Part shown: piece after piece, positions 37,777 to 49,637 of the stretch | How positions within the stretch are numbered: the stretch's first letter is position 1 | Layout: each line of letters opens with the position of its first letter | Origin: Octopus bimaculoides | Taxonomy: Eukaryota | DNA length: 59,824 bases | Assembly (NCBI RefSeq): GCF_001194135.2 | Contig: NC_068998.1 | Coordinates: 10,276,203-10,336,026, forward strand | Direction of reading: 5' to 3' | The notes under the pieces: generated by a model | The model's input: the letters and a program-made list of their open reading frames with translations, nothing else | Told to the model about the DNA's origin: nothing | Databases searched by the model: none | Program-made: the position numbers and the translations under genes

Positions 37777-38531
37777 AATACTTATATTCAAGAAGGTCCT
37801 CTTTCTTGAATATGTGTCTAAAAAAAACTCCACAAAATAACAAAAAAAAAAAAACAGCAGAAAAGCACATCATTTTCATTTTTACCAATGACCCAAGTCT
37901 CCAAGACAACATGTGCCAGCAAGTGGGTTGCTCTATGCAACTGACCATCTTGCATGTAATAACAGCCAAGTTTCTCTCTTCAAAGGAGAAGAACAGATTG
38001 GATAATGTGGTCCTAGATATAGTTTCATAAAAGTGGGGATGGCCATGACTGGAATGTCTTCAATTATTGGTCTACTTGATCAGGGTGGCTTGTGGTTAAG
38101 CAATATGACCATCAGTCCTCATCAACCCTTGGACATCACAGTCTTGAGTCCTTAGTTCTTATGGGGACAGTGACCCATTTTCCATGGCATACAATGGATC
38201 TAAATCACAACATTACCTCCTGAATGGGACACCAATTTTCTTTTTAATAAACTAAGATTTATATTTAGACCTATTATTTTATGAATATTATTATTCACAA
38301 AAAATGAACCAGTAATTCATTGGAAATTACTATTCCTTAATGAGGCTATTTTAACCTCTAATTGTATTTCAAATTACACATATATTAGGGAACTAAAATC
38401 TTATAAGTGCTTAGGACCTCTATGGGTCCTAATCCGGCCCTGGTAAGCCCTAACCATTAAGTCATGCACCTTCACTAAAGTTGCAATATACATGATGTAA
38501 CGGCTAATTTCTTTTATTTTTCTTCTTGCAG

Positions 38532-38671
38532 CTGAAATGCATCGAACCCTGTCGCATGGAGTTGAAATGAAGAAGAATGCAATCGAAAAATTGACCAGGG
38601 AGCTGGATGAAATGGAGAAAGAAGCCAAATTGAAACTTCTTGACATTGAAAATGCCACTGCAGAACTCAAT
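38532..38671 (+). CDS. ITSN1: Intersectin coiled-coil exon EMHRTLSHGVEMKKNAIEKLTRELDEMEKEAKLKLLDIENATAELN
   Basis: Acceptor cttgcag, donor gtaagt, 140 nt, phase 1 to 0. The LDExEKE..KL.DI motif matches the intersectin coiled-coil end. Confidence 0.92.
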
Positions 38672-41102
38672 GTAAGTATCTGAATCAAACAGAAAACTAC
38701 ATGACGGCACCATCATCATCATCGTTGACATCACCATCACCACTTTTATCATACTTCTTCCATGACCACCTCCACATTTTTCTCTTCTTACTCAGTAGTT
38801 TTTTCTTTATTGTTATCATCCCATATTATTATCATTGCTGTCTTGTTTTCCTCCTCCTATATATATATATTGTTAATACTAAAACTCTAGGGATGTTTGT
38901 GTGTAGCTGAAACACCCCAGAAATAGTATGTTTTATCTTAATTTTTTTTTACATATTTATTTTCATACTTACCTTTGGCTGTGCAGTACAAATTTTTGTG
39001 ACATTTGGACCTCTATTTAAATGATTAAACACAATTTTTGTTATTTCTTGATGCAAAAAAATNNNNNNNNNNNNNNNNNNNNNNNNNNNNNNNNNNNNNN
39101 NNNNNNNNNNNNNNNNNNNNNNNNNNNNNNNNNNNNNNNNNNNNNNNNNNNNNNNNNNNNNNNNNNNNNNNNNNNNNNNNNNNNNNNNNNNNNNNNNNNN
39201 NNNNNNNNNNNNNNNNNNNNNNNNNNNNNNNNNNNNNNNNNNNNNNNNNNNNNNNNNNNNNNNNNNNNNNNNNNNNNNNNNNNNNNNNNNNNNNNNNNNN
39301 NNNNNNNNNNNNNNNNNNNNNNNNNNNNNNNNNNNNNNNNNNNNNNNNNNNNNNNNNNNNNNNNNNNNNNNNNNNNNNNNNNNNNNNNNNNNNNNNNNNN
39401 NNNNNNNNNNNNNNNNNNNNNNNNNNNNNNNNNNNNNNNNNNNNNNNNNNNNNNNNNNNNNNNNNNNNNNNNNNNNNNNNNNNNNNNNNNNNNNNNNNNN
39501 NNNNNNNNNNNNNNNNNNNNNNNNNNNNNNNNNNNNNNNNNNNNNNNNNNNNNNNNNNNNNNNNNNNNNNNNNNNNNNNNNNNNNNNNNNNNNNNNNNNN
39601 NNNNNNNNNNNNNNNNNNNNNNNNNNNNNNNNNNNNNNNNNNNNNNNNNNNNNNNNNNNNNNNNNNNNNNNNNNNNNNNNNNNNNNNNNNNNNNNNNNNN
39701 NNNNNNNNNNNNNNNNNNNNNNNNNNNNNNNNNNNNNNNNNNNNNNNNNNNNNTTTTTTTTTTTTTTTTTTTTTTTTCTTTCATTTTAAATTTATCGTTT
39801 TTATTCATTTTAATTTACACAAAATTATATTTCCCCGACCCTTGAACATTTTCCTAAATAATCATGGGACAGGTAGCAGGCTTCTTGTAAGGTTAAGGAT
39901 TTTGCTTCACAGCCATGTGATTCTAGTTTCAATCCCAGTGTGCATATTACCTGAGGGCAAGGTTAACATGGTGTTGGGTTGACTAAAGCTTTGTCAACAA
40001 AACTTGGTAGGTGGAAACTGTATGGAAGCCTCTCAGATGTCTGTATGTGTGTGCAGGGTTGGTGGTGGGCTTAGGTGTGGTTTACGCACAGGCAGGCTGT
40101 GTAGCTGAGAAACTTGCTTCTCAACCATGTGGTCTTCGGTTCAGTCCCACTGCATGGTACCTTGGGCAAGTGTCTTATACTATGGATTCAGGCTAGCCAA
40201 AGCCTTGTAAGCAGATTTTGTAGACAGAAACTGAAAGAAGCCTGTTTGTCACACTCTGTGTCATGCTGAATCTCCCTGAGAGCTATTGTCAAGGTTACAT
40301 GTGTCTGTGGAGTGCTCAACCACTTGCATGTTAATTTCATGGACAGGCAGTTGTGTTGGTCTGATCAAATGGAATCTTTGTTTTCATAACCGATGAAGCG
40401 CAACTTATTGGAGACTTTTTTCAACATTATACTATTCAAATCAATGATAAANNNNNNNNNNNNNNNNNNNNNNNNNNNNNNNNNNNNNNNNNNNNNNNNN
40501 NNNNNNNNNNNNNNNNNNNNNNNNNNNNNNNNNNNNNNNNNNNNNNNNNNNNNNNNNNNNNNNNNNNNNNNNNNNNNNNNNNNNNNNNNNNNNNNNNNNN
40601 NNNNNNNNNNNNNNNNNNNNNNNNNNNNNNNNNNNNNNNNNNNNNNNNNNNNNNNNNNNNNNNNNNNNNNNNNNNNNNNNNNNNNNNNNNNNNNNNNNNN
40701 NNNNNNNNNNNNNNNNNNNNNNNNNNNNNNNNNNNNNNNNNNNNNNNNNNNNNNNNNNNNNNNNNNNNNNNNNNNNNNNNNNNNNNNNNNNNNNNNNNNN
40801 NNNNNNNNNNNNNNNNNNNNNNNNNNNNNNNNNNNNNNNNNNNNNNNNNNNNNNNNNNNNNNNNNNNNNNNNNNNNNNNNNNNNNNNNNNNNNNNNNNNN
40901 NNNNNNNNNNNNNNNNNNNNNNNNNNNNNNNNNNNNNNNNNNNNNNNNNNNNNNNNNNNNNNNNNNNNNNNNNNNNNNNNNNNNNNNNNNNNNNNNNNNN
41001 NNNNNNNNNNNNNNNNNNNNNNNNNNNNNNNNNNNNNNNNNNNNNNNNNNNNNNNNNNNNNNNNNNNNNNNNNNNNNNNNNNNNNNNNNNNNATATATAT
41101 TT

Positions 41103-41440
41103 TGAGACCTCCTTTGGTCACAAATGACCATCGGATTGCACCTAGAAAGATACCCTCCCAAGCACAAGTCCAAGCAAAGTTGTTTATGGAAGACCAGCAG
41201 TCGCCCGTGCATACTGACCTCCCCTCTTCATGTCACCAGTGTTATTCAAGGGAAAGGCAAAGGGGCCGATACAGCTTGGCACCAGTGACGTCGCAACTCA
41301 TTTTTACAGTTGAGTGAACTGGAGCAATGTGAAATAAAGTGTCTTGCTCAAGAACACAACACGCAGCCTGGTCCGGGATTCAAACTCACAACCTCACGAT
41401 AGTAAGCGCAACGCTCTAACCACTGAGCCATGCGCCTTCA
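41103..41440 (-). mobile_element. Full-length tRNA-derived SINE
   Basis: Minus strand starts ggcgcatggctcagtggttagagcg (A box), then gagtttgaatcc (B box), then ttgagcaagacactttatttcac. Confidence 0.8.
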
Positions 41441-41732
41441 CACGCACACTGGATTCAGTGTTATTAACTCCCACCACCTCTCCCCACTCCACCAAAATTA
41501 CATGGTCCAGTTATTATGTAGTAATCTTAATTAGTTATTTCATTGGCTTCATTATATGAGTGGTCACACCTTATTGGTCTACAGTTTTCCTTTATCTGCG
41601 CATAATTATCCTTCCATTGTTTTAATGTTCATATTTCCACTCATGCCAGTATAGAAAATGGATGTTAAATGATGATGATGATGATAATAATAATAATAAT
41701 AATTTTGATGCTGATTCAGGCTGACCAATACA

Positions 41733-41963
41733 TTGACCCTTTAACATTTAAACTGGCCATATCTAGCACACCTTATGATTGACCTGTTTTATGTTCAAGC
41801 TGGCCAGATCTGGCCTCTTACACCTATCCTACAATGTCATTCTAAAAATAAACCATTACGTTAATGAAACCTTGAAGCTATGAGAAGATGCATGGTTGGT
41901 TGAAGACAATGTTAATAAATAAGTATCACAGTTGACAGAGTAATCAGAATGCTAAAAGGTTAA
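41733..41963 (-). mobile_element. piggyBac-type MITE (family of 22997)
   Basis: ttgaccctttaac...ctaaaagg-TTAA, internal sequence matches 30549. Confidence 0.7.
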
Positions 41964-42198
41964 GTGTGCACATCTCTGTGGAATATTCAGCCACTTACAC
42001 ATTGATTTCACAAGTAGTGAATTCAGATGCTCATCATTAAGACCATCAGAAATCTCCTTCCCCCCATCAATATTTCTACAAGCCAATGAAACACCTAGAA
42101 TATCCACTCCTTTGGTTTATTATATTATCGTTTATGAAAGTAATCATTAAACATTTGTTCTTTTGTTTTCAATATTCTTTTGTTTTTTATATTTTCAG

Positions 42199-42224
42199 AA
42201 GTAGTTTAGAAGAACCAATTCAAG
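42199..42224 (+). CDS. ITSN1: Candidate 26-nt intersectin microexon SSLEEPIQ(E)
   Basis: Long T-rich tract plus ttttcag acceptor and aag/gtatgt donor. Only one frame is open (phase 2 to 1) and it joins in frame to 44665. Confidence 0.7.
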
Positions 42225-42552
42225 GTATGTAATTTTGTTTTCAATGAGTTTTCAAAACAATTATAATTGGCATTTGATTGTTTCTTATTTACATGTGTAA
42301 AGTGGTTGGTGTTAGGAAGGGCATCCAGTCATGAAACCCAGGCCAAAACAGACCTCACCGATGTTGTTGCTATGTAAAAAAGCACCCAATTCAATTTGTA
42401 AAGAGGTTGGCATTAGGAAGGAATCCATACCAAAACAAACATTGGGGCTTGGTGCAGTCCTCTGGCTTGCCAGCTCCTGTCTACCTGTCCAACCCATAAC
42501 AGCATGAAAGATGGACATTATATGATGATGATGATGTGTATATAGAATATAC

Positions 42553-42900
42553 AGGAGTGGCTGTGTGGTAAGAAGCATGCTTCCCAACTAAGTGGGCTCG
42601 CTCCTACTGAGTGGCACCATGGGCAAGTGTCTTCTACTGTAGCCTCGGGCCGACCAAAGCCTTGTGAGTAGATTTGGTAGACAGAAACTGAAAGAAGCCC
42701 GTCACATGAATGTGTGTGTCTGTGTTTGTTCCCACACCATCACTTGACAACTGATGCTGGTGTGTTTACGTATCCGTAACTGAGTGGTTCAGCAAAAGAG
42801 AACGATAGAATAAGTACTAGGCTTATAAAGAAGAACTGGGGTCGACTACAGGCAGTGCTCCAGCATAGCCACAGTCAAATGACTGAAACAAATGAAAGAA
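42553..42900 (+). mobile_element. Most abundant SINE family in the window, near full-length copy
   Basis: ggctgtgtggtaagaagc...ggcacc.tgggcaagtgtcttctac...ggtagacagaaactgaaagaagccc. Other copies lie near 1372, 8775, 12893, 18230, 21178, 26970(-), 31345(-), 36700(-), 40085, 48920, 51842, 53660(-) and 55077. Confidence 0.8.
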
Positions 42901-43046
42901 CATAATTAGGGATTGAATTCATAAACTTATATTGGACCCATATTCCCTATTTCTTCTTATTTCTGGGGTTGATGGTGTTAACATCTCCCCCTCCCCTCAA
43001 AATTGCTGTCCTTGTGCCTTAATCAGAAACCATCTTTATTTCTATA

Positions 43047-43397
43047 TGTTAGAGCTAATCCAGTAAACTCCTTCCTACCTGGCGCTGCTGGGACCGGAAG
43101 GTTGCCAGATAACTGAAATTTCTGGATATCTGATTATTGCTTTTGAAATGTCTTGGAAACAACTTGCACATGCAAGTGCTACCAGTCAAGAACTCCGCAT
43201 TCCGGAAGCTGGCGAGTGCACGGGGTCACCAGGAGAGAATGCATGCTGTTTCGGGGCCTACCTCTCGATGGCATCAATGCGCACTGGTCCTCCTCACTGA
43301 TATGAGGCCCCGCTTGCCAGATCAACGGGTTATTAAATAAAGCTCAATATTTCTCTAGCCATCGCTCATTGTCTCTTTTTAACCATATCACCTTACA
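43047..43397 (+). mobile_element. GC-rich solo-LTR-like segment
   Basis: Starts TGTTAG and ends CTTACA, AATAAA at ~43337, CpG-rich relative to flanks. No matching target-site duplication seen. Confidence 0.4.
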
Positions 43398-44664
43398 AAA
43401 CTCATTAAAAGTATCATCATTAATATTCTGTATATAGATGAAATGAGAGAAATAGAAAGAAATAAAAATATAATTTAAATAAAGAATAAGTTTTATTAAC
43501 CTTAGAAAATACAGTGAAAAAGAATATTGTGCTGTACTTTGAGAAGCAATAAACTGTTTTAGACGAGTAGAGATCGTTATTCTTTTAATTGCTATTAGTT
43601 TAATACAAATTGGCACAAATTCTCTTGGCTCTAATTTGTAACACATCTTATGTTTTTTCTTGTTGTTTGAGAGTTCCAGTTATTTAGATACTGGATAAGA
43701 GGGAGTTTACTGTATATCCCATTTAAAAAAAAAAAAAAAAAAAAAAAGCATAATTAATCTAAATATCTTATCAAAAATAGTTAAAAGCCCGATAAAGTTC
43801 ATGTAAAAGTAATTTTTATTTTTGTTGAATTGAAAAATATAAAACATTATGAATATATATTTATCAAAAATTTTAAAAATTTTCCTTGTTTTTGTTTTGT
43901 AATTTTAATGTACTTAGCTTTTTTATTATATTTAGTTGTAATTTTTATTAAATCAAAGAAATCATTATTATCAATTCTTATTGTAGTACATGTGCACCTG
44001 AGCACTATACACAATAATTTCATCATTATTACTATGTCAAGGCAGCAAGCAAGCAGAATCGAAGCAGGTTGGTCAAAATGCTTGGCAGCATTTCATCCAT
44101 CTTTATATTCTCAGTTCAAATGCTGTCAGGACTGACTTTGCCTTTCATCCTTTTCGGGTTGATAAAATAAGTACCACTGGGCACTGGGGGTTGATCTGAT
44201 CGATTTAACACCTCCCCCAAAATTGCTGGTCTTGTGACAAAATTTGAAACCATAATTATTTCTTATGTTTATAATCAATTTTCCTCAGTTCTTTTAAAGT
44301 CATTAGCAAAAGAGTATAATTAAAGCCTTGTTGAGATATCCAAGCTGAGTCAAAATCTAATTAGTCTGATTACAAAAGCAACAATACCGTGATCTTTACA
44401 GCTTTTGTATATGTTGTCTTTTGTAAAATTATAAGTCTTTAACTGTTCTTCTCCTTTCAGCTTATTTCTATCTAACTAGGTCTCTATTGTCTGCCAAGAG
44501 GACTTATTTATTTAAAAAACTATTTAATTGTACTTTTAACAGAACAACTACCAATAACAGACAGTGTTTTTGTATTGTATATTTGCCAGATTTTTCATTT
44601 GTTTTTTTTTTTTTCTTTTTTTTCAAATTATTTATTTGTTTTGTTTTCTTTCTTATTTTCCCAG

Positions 44665-45012
44665 AGATTACTGAAGGTAAACAAGAGGGGTGGTTCAATG
44701 CAGACTTCAGTTCTATGGCTAACAATACTCAAGAGAAGCAGCAACAAGCACAACAACAACAACAACAACAGCAGCAGCAACCACCACCACAACAACAACA
44801 ACCGGTTAGCGATATAGGCTGGGATGCATTTGGCAACCAATCAAACGAAACTAACATTGAAGATACGTGGGCAGCTGATATTACAACGGCAGCAGACAAA
44901 ACCTCTGCTGCTGCTGCTACAACCACTACTACCACTACAACAACACCACCACCACCACCATCTACAATTACTACTACCACTACTACTGTGGCTGACTCTA
45001 GACAATCTAGTG
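44665..45012 (+). CDS. ITSN1: Intersectin low-complexity symmetric exon (E)ITEGKQEGWFNADFSSMANNTQEKQQQAQQQQQQQQQQPPPQQQQPVSDIGWDAFGNQ...TTTTTTTTTPPPPP...DSRQSS
   Basis: Acceptor ttttcccag, donor gtaggt, 348 nt, phase 1 to 1, joins in frame to SH3A exon 49555. Confidence 0.85.
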
Positions 45013-45451
45013 GTAGGTTACGTTTGCATCAGCCTGTCCCTCTCCATCGATTACAGTTTCGTGAAATCATTGCTGTCATCTTCAAATTTCAAACTTGAAA
45101 CATTTCACTGTGTATATGTGTGTGTATGTGTGCATGTAGGTATATATATATATAAGTATATGTGTGTATATGTAGGTTATATATATATATGTATATATAT
45201 ATATTTAAATATGAAATTGGGATGACAAAGGATTAAATAATTGTGTTATGAACTCCATTAGCTTACAGCTGTTTCTGCTACAGGCCAATTACTTGTTACT
45301 GCTCTATAGTTGAATGGCACATCATTCTCAGGCATATGTACATTGAGTTCTAACACCAGGTTATTAGCATCACAATGCCTAAGTGAAATTGTAAAATATA
45401 TATATATATATACATAGCATTATAAAGAACTCATAACAAGATCAATATCTT

Positions 45452-45725
45452 CTTAGTTTAAGTTACTCACTTTCCATCAGAGCATAGGCTGTCAATGATT
45501 TTCTCCACTGTTCTTGACTCTGGACTGTCCCAGAGGGAAGGTCTTTCTTACATAAGGATGTTGGCCCATCACTCATCCATTTTTACCTCTGGCAAGAGGT
45601 GGTCCATATTAGTCGGGCTTTTATCCTTTGACCTGTCCAGTATGGGAGGCTCTACCAGGAGTTTGCACTCTGCTGGCATAGCTCTCAGGATCATAGAGGC
45701 ACACGAGCCACCTCACTGTGACAAC
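45452..45725 (-). mobile_element. Bipartite RTE-derived non-autonomous retroposon (5' UTR fused to 3' end)
   Basis: Minus strand: tgtgcctctatgatcctgagagctatgcc...ggacaggtca (RTE 5' UTR-like), followed within ~100 nt by agaacagtggagaaaatcattgacagcctatgctc (RTE 3' end-like). Confidence 0.5.
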
Positions 45726-45890
45726 GACTGGTATACAAGATTGTAGAATATACAAAAACTGTATTTTAAGCTGGTATCACATATACTCGACTATTAGTTT
45801 CATATTGTATCTGACTTTCAAGTGATTGATGTAAGAAAGAAGGTACTGAATAAGCATGTTAACAATACAAATTTTATTTTATAGTGAGGA

Positions 45891-45929
<39 letters not shown>

Positions 45930-46068
45930 TCTCTCACACACACTGTCACTCACACATGTAATATGATATAAAAACGCTTTAGTTTATATCAGGTTATCTT
46001 TTGCCTATCCCATCAAAGAGCACAATTTAGGATTAAGATAAAAAAAAAACAAGCCTATCTTCAGAAAC

Positions 46069-46263
46069 TATTCATATTTGATGGCATATAAGATGCACAT
46101 TTTGTCCAGTAAAGAAAAAAAAAACCTTTAAAAAAATCACCTCATGTCCTGTATATGACGTTAGGCCTTTGATGCATTCAAAACTTTTTAGTTGAATATG
46201 TGCTGCTGAAATTGGGGTGCATCTAATATATTAAGTGCATCTTCTATGCTATCAGATATGATG
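46069..46263. mobile_element. Tc2/pogo-like MITE
   Basis: Inverted ends tcatatttgatggcatataagatgcac and gtgcatcttctatgctatcagatatga, with a subterminal ggggtgcatct repeat. Confidence 0.65.
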
Positions 46264-49200
46264 CATTTAGGAAGGTTGATTATTTAATGAAGTTGCTGTG
46301 GTGAAGTAAAGTAAACCCTGACCCTTGTCCCATACATAAATCACCCAATGTCGTCATGGTTGTCAGCTGTAGTTAAACCAAGAAACCATTTATCCGTCAA
46401 ATATTAAAACTAACCTCAACAACTACTGGATAACACTACTCCCTCCCACCATCTTTAAGCGTAAACTCACATTTGCTGAGAAAGACATTAAATTTTCCGT
46501 TTCAAAAAAGCTCTGCTTCTCCAATTGTTAGCTCATGGAGGATGGTGTATGTATTGAACCTACTGTTTTCACATTTCAAAGTGAGTAATTGACAGTCATT
46601 AGTTTTCAACCTAGATAGTATATTTATATTTACATCCCTCTCTCTCTCTTTCTCTCTCTCTCTCTTTGTTAGTATCGCTCAAGCATGCTGCATTCATCTT
46701 CTATTTAATTTCTCTCTCTGTCTCTCTCTGTCTCTCTCTCTCTCTCTGTTTTATGAAAGTTATTTTGAGATGTTGTCTATTTTGTGTTCACTCCTCAGTT
46801 CACTTTATAATTCTACCATCACATTACTTGCATTTTTTTTTTGTTGATTTCTAACAATAGAAAAACTAATTTAGATTTATTCAGTTGGAGAGTACCATTG
46901 TCTTTTATTGGACATTCAGGCATTTAGAAAGCATGATGTTTTCCATATTTTATTTGACTCTGGCTAAAGCCATCATCTCTTGGGAATTTAAACATTATTG
47001 TACTTCATAAGTGGGGGGGGGGGGGAAACAACAAACAACAACAGCAAAAAAAAAAATCAGTGTATCAAAAGCTGAATGTTCAAATTCTAAGAAGATTGCT
47101 GTCACAATTTTCAGGGTTCCTGAAATGTTAAAAGAAACAATGAAGAAAAAAACCCCCCTGATTGGTACAATTAAGTTATAAAGTCTCCATAAGTAAGACA
47201 TGGTATTAGACTTTGAATTCAAGCTTTGATATGAACAATGTTCTATAAATTTTAGCAACATATTCTGTTTTGTTTCAAAAATTCTTAAATTCTGAAGAAA
47301 TGAGATAACGTTGTAATGTATGCTTTATCCAGAGTTTCAAACCAATATTGATTATTAGTGTTTTTTGTAAAGTTGTTAAATTAACATTTAACAAATAACA
47401 AAGCAGACCCTGTCCCCTGCAAAAAAATAAACAAAATAAATAATAATGAAAAATAGAAAGAAAAAAAACCTGACCCACTGTTAGTTTCACTTGTTAGCTG
47501 CATGTCACCACTTAAGTTCTATTCACTAAGTGTTCTGTAGTTTTTTTTAGCACACCTCTGTCCCATCTGAGTGGGAATTAGTGTCAGCATCTAATTTGCA
47601 CACCTTTTTTTTTTGTAGTTCTGTTGTATTATATATTATATGAAAGGCTGGGTTATTGTTGTTGTTGTTGTTGTTTCTTTTTATTGCCATTCAATAACAA
47701 CTGATTAAGTCGTTAATTTTTTCTTTTCTTTTTTTTTTTTGCCAAAGAATTTCATATAATAGATATGTATTTTTTTTGTCTCTATTTTCTAGAAATAATA
47801 TTTAATTTATTTTCATCCTCTCCAAAAATTGAAATTGGAGAAATATTTACAATTTCGGTACAAATTACGTATTGTATTGTATTATATATTATATTGTATT
47901 ATATTATATCAAATTATATTCAACAGCTGAGGAAAAATATGTTGAGGTATGGGCTACCATCTCATATAGGTGGTGAGTTGGCTATGCCACTGCACAGACA
48001 GACAGTCACATATTTCATTGTCTCTCTCTCTCCCTTTCTCTCTTTCTCTGAGCAAAATTCCTGATGTTGTCTCACTGATGTTGAAGAACAAATACCATTT
48101 GTCTTTCTGGCAGACATTTGCCTGTGATAGAGAAATATCTTATCCAGGAAAGAGTTGTCTCTCATTTGTTTAACATGTTTGTTTTATAGTTCGACCTCCT
48201 ATGTTCAATGTTGTAATAATGTTTGTAACAAAAAGAATTATTATAAAAAAAACCCGAAGTAAAACTTTGTAATATTCAACTAGTGCATTAATTCATGTTG
48301 AGCCACACACACACACACACACACACCTGCAGTATTAATAGAATGCAGGAAACAGGTATGGTATTCAATGCTTTATAAAACATACATGTGTTTTGATGAA
48401 TTAACTGTTATGATTTTGTAAATGCTATTGAAACATCATATAATCTTGTAATTTACCTCTTCAGTGTTCAGCAAGAAATCTTATGTGTGCCCACACACTC
48501 ACACACACACAAACACTTGTGCTGTAGTTTCCATGTAAAATAAGGCATAAACCATTCAAGTCAATAATATTTAAAAAACAGTGCTTTATCTAAAACATTT
48601 TCTTTGATAACATTATTCTAATTGTCACGACATGTCTTTTAGTGTTACACTACCAACAACCTTAACTATGGAATGAAATCCAGACGTGATTAGAATTGTT
48701 AACATAATGAAACAGTTACAAAGATATTTGAATGCATAATGTATGCATCAAAACAGAAATAAGAACGTTTGTAAAACATGAAGTTACTTCATGTCCTGCC
48801 AGTTTGCATTATTCACAGCTTTTGCTGTGAATAACATCTTTTGCTAGTATAAAATAATATATGTATTTTATACTACTACTACCCAACGATATCAATTTCT
48901 CCCTGCTAAACATGGGTGCAGTCATGGTTGTGTGCTTAAAAAGCTTGCTTCACAACTATGTGGCTTTGAGTTCAGTTCCACTGTACAGCATCTTGAGCAA
49001 AAGTGTCTTCTAACACAGACTTGCAAGTTTGTATTTGGTTGACAGAAACCTGTTGGCAGAACTTTTCAGGTTGGCTGATTTAACCATTGTATAGTTTTAA
49101 TATCTCCCAATGCCTCATCACTTGAATGACATTAGTAGAGACCCCTCTGTTGTAAGCAATCAAACCAGCTCTTCAGTCTGTGAACAACTTCCTGCATTCT

Positions 49201-49554
49201 TCCCATGAGACATGAAGACACCAAGAAGGCTATGGGCACTGCCCTTCCTCTGCTGACTATATAACTTAAATAACTAAGCTATAAACCCAGATAAACCTCT
49301 CTAAGGACATTTACCACTTCATCGAAAAACCATTTACTGTGCCATTTAGTCCAAACTTTTTCCTGTATTGTTTGTAAATAATGACTTACCATGTTTGTTT
49401 GTTATTTTGTAATCTTTTTTTTTTCATTTATTTCCCTCACACTCAAACTTAGATTTCAAACTGATGTAATGTTCTTCCCTTTCAAAAGACAACCTATTGT
49501 CATGTGTGTCTTATCTCTTTTGTGACATATCTTCCTTTATTATTGTTTTTATAG

Positions 49555-49637
49555 TTAAAAAGCAGTACAGAGCCCTTTATCAGTTTGAGGCCAGAAACCA
49601 TGATGAATTGTCTTTGATGCCTGGAGATGTCATCATT
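49555..49637 (+). CDS. ITSN1: Intersectin SH3A N-half (V)KKQYRALYQFEARNHDELSLMPGDVII
   Basis: Acceptor tttatag, donor gtaagt, 83 nt, phase 1 to 0. ALYxF...DELS SH3 motif. Confidence 0.96.

Noticed and set aside
43075-43095. cctacctggcgc resembles the U1 snRNA 5' end
   Set aside because: No U1 stem-loops or Sm site follow.
43252-43330. HDV-like ribozyme (ggggcct...cctcctc...aggcccc)
   Set aside because: Six extra bases separate the putative P3 and P1 strands, and no P2 partner is present.
44487-45098. 203-aa ORF as a standalone gene
   Set aside because: Only 44665-45012 is bounded by splice sites. The flanks are a T-rich acceptor region and intron read-through.
47927-47972. Exon-like segment caacag/ctgaggaaaaatatgttgag...gtg/gtgagt
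   Set aside because: None of the available donors gives a multiple of 3 between two phase-1 junctions, the polypyrimidine tract is poor, and there is no intersectin similarity.
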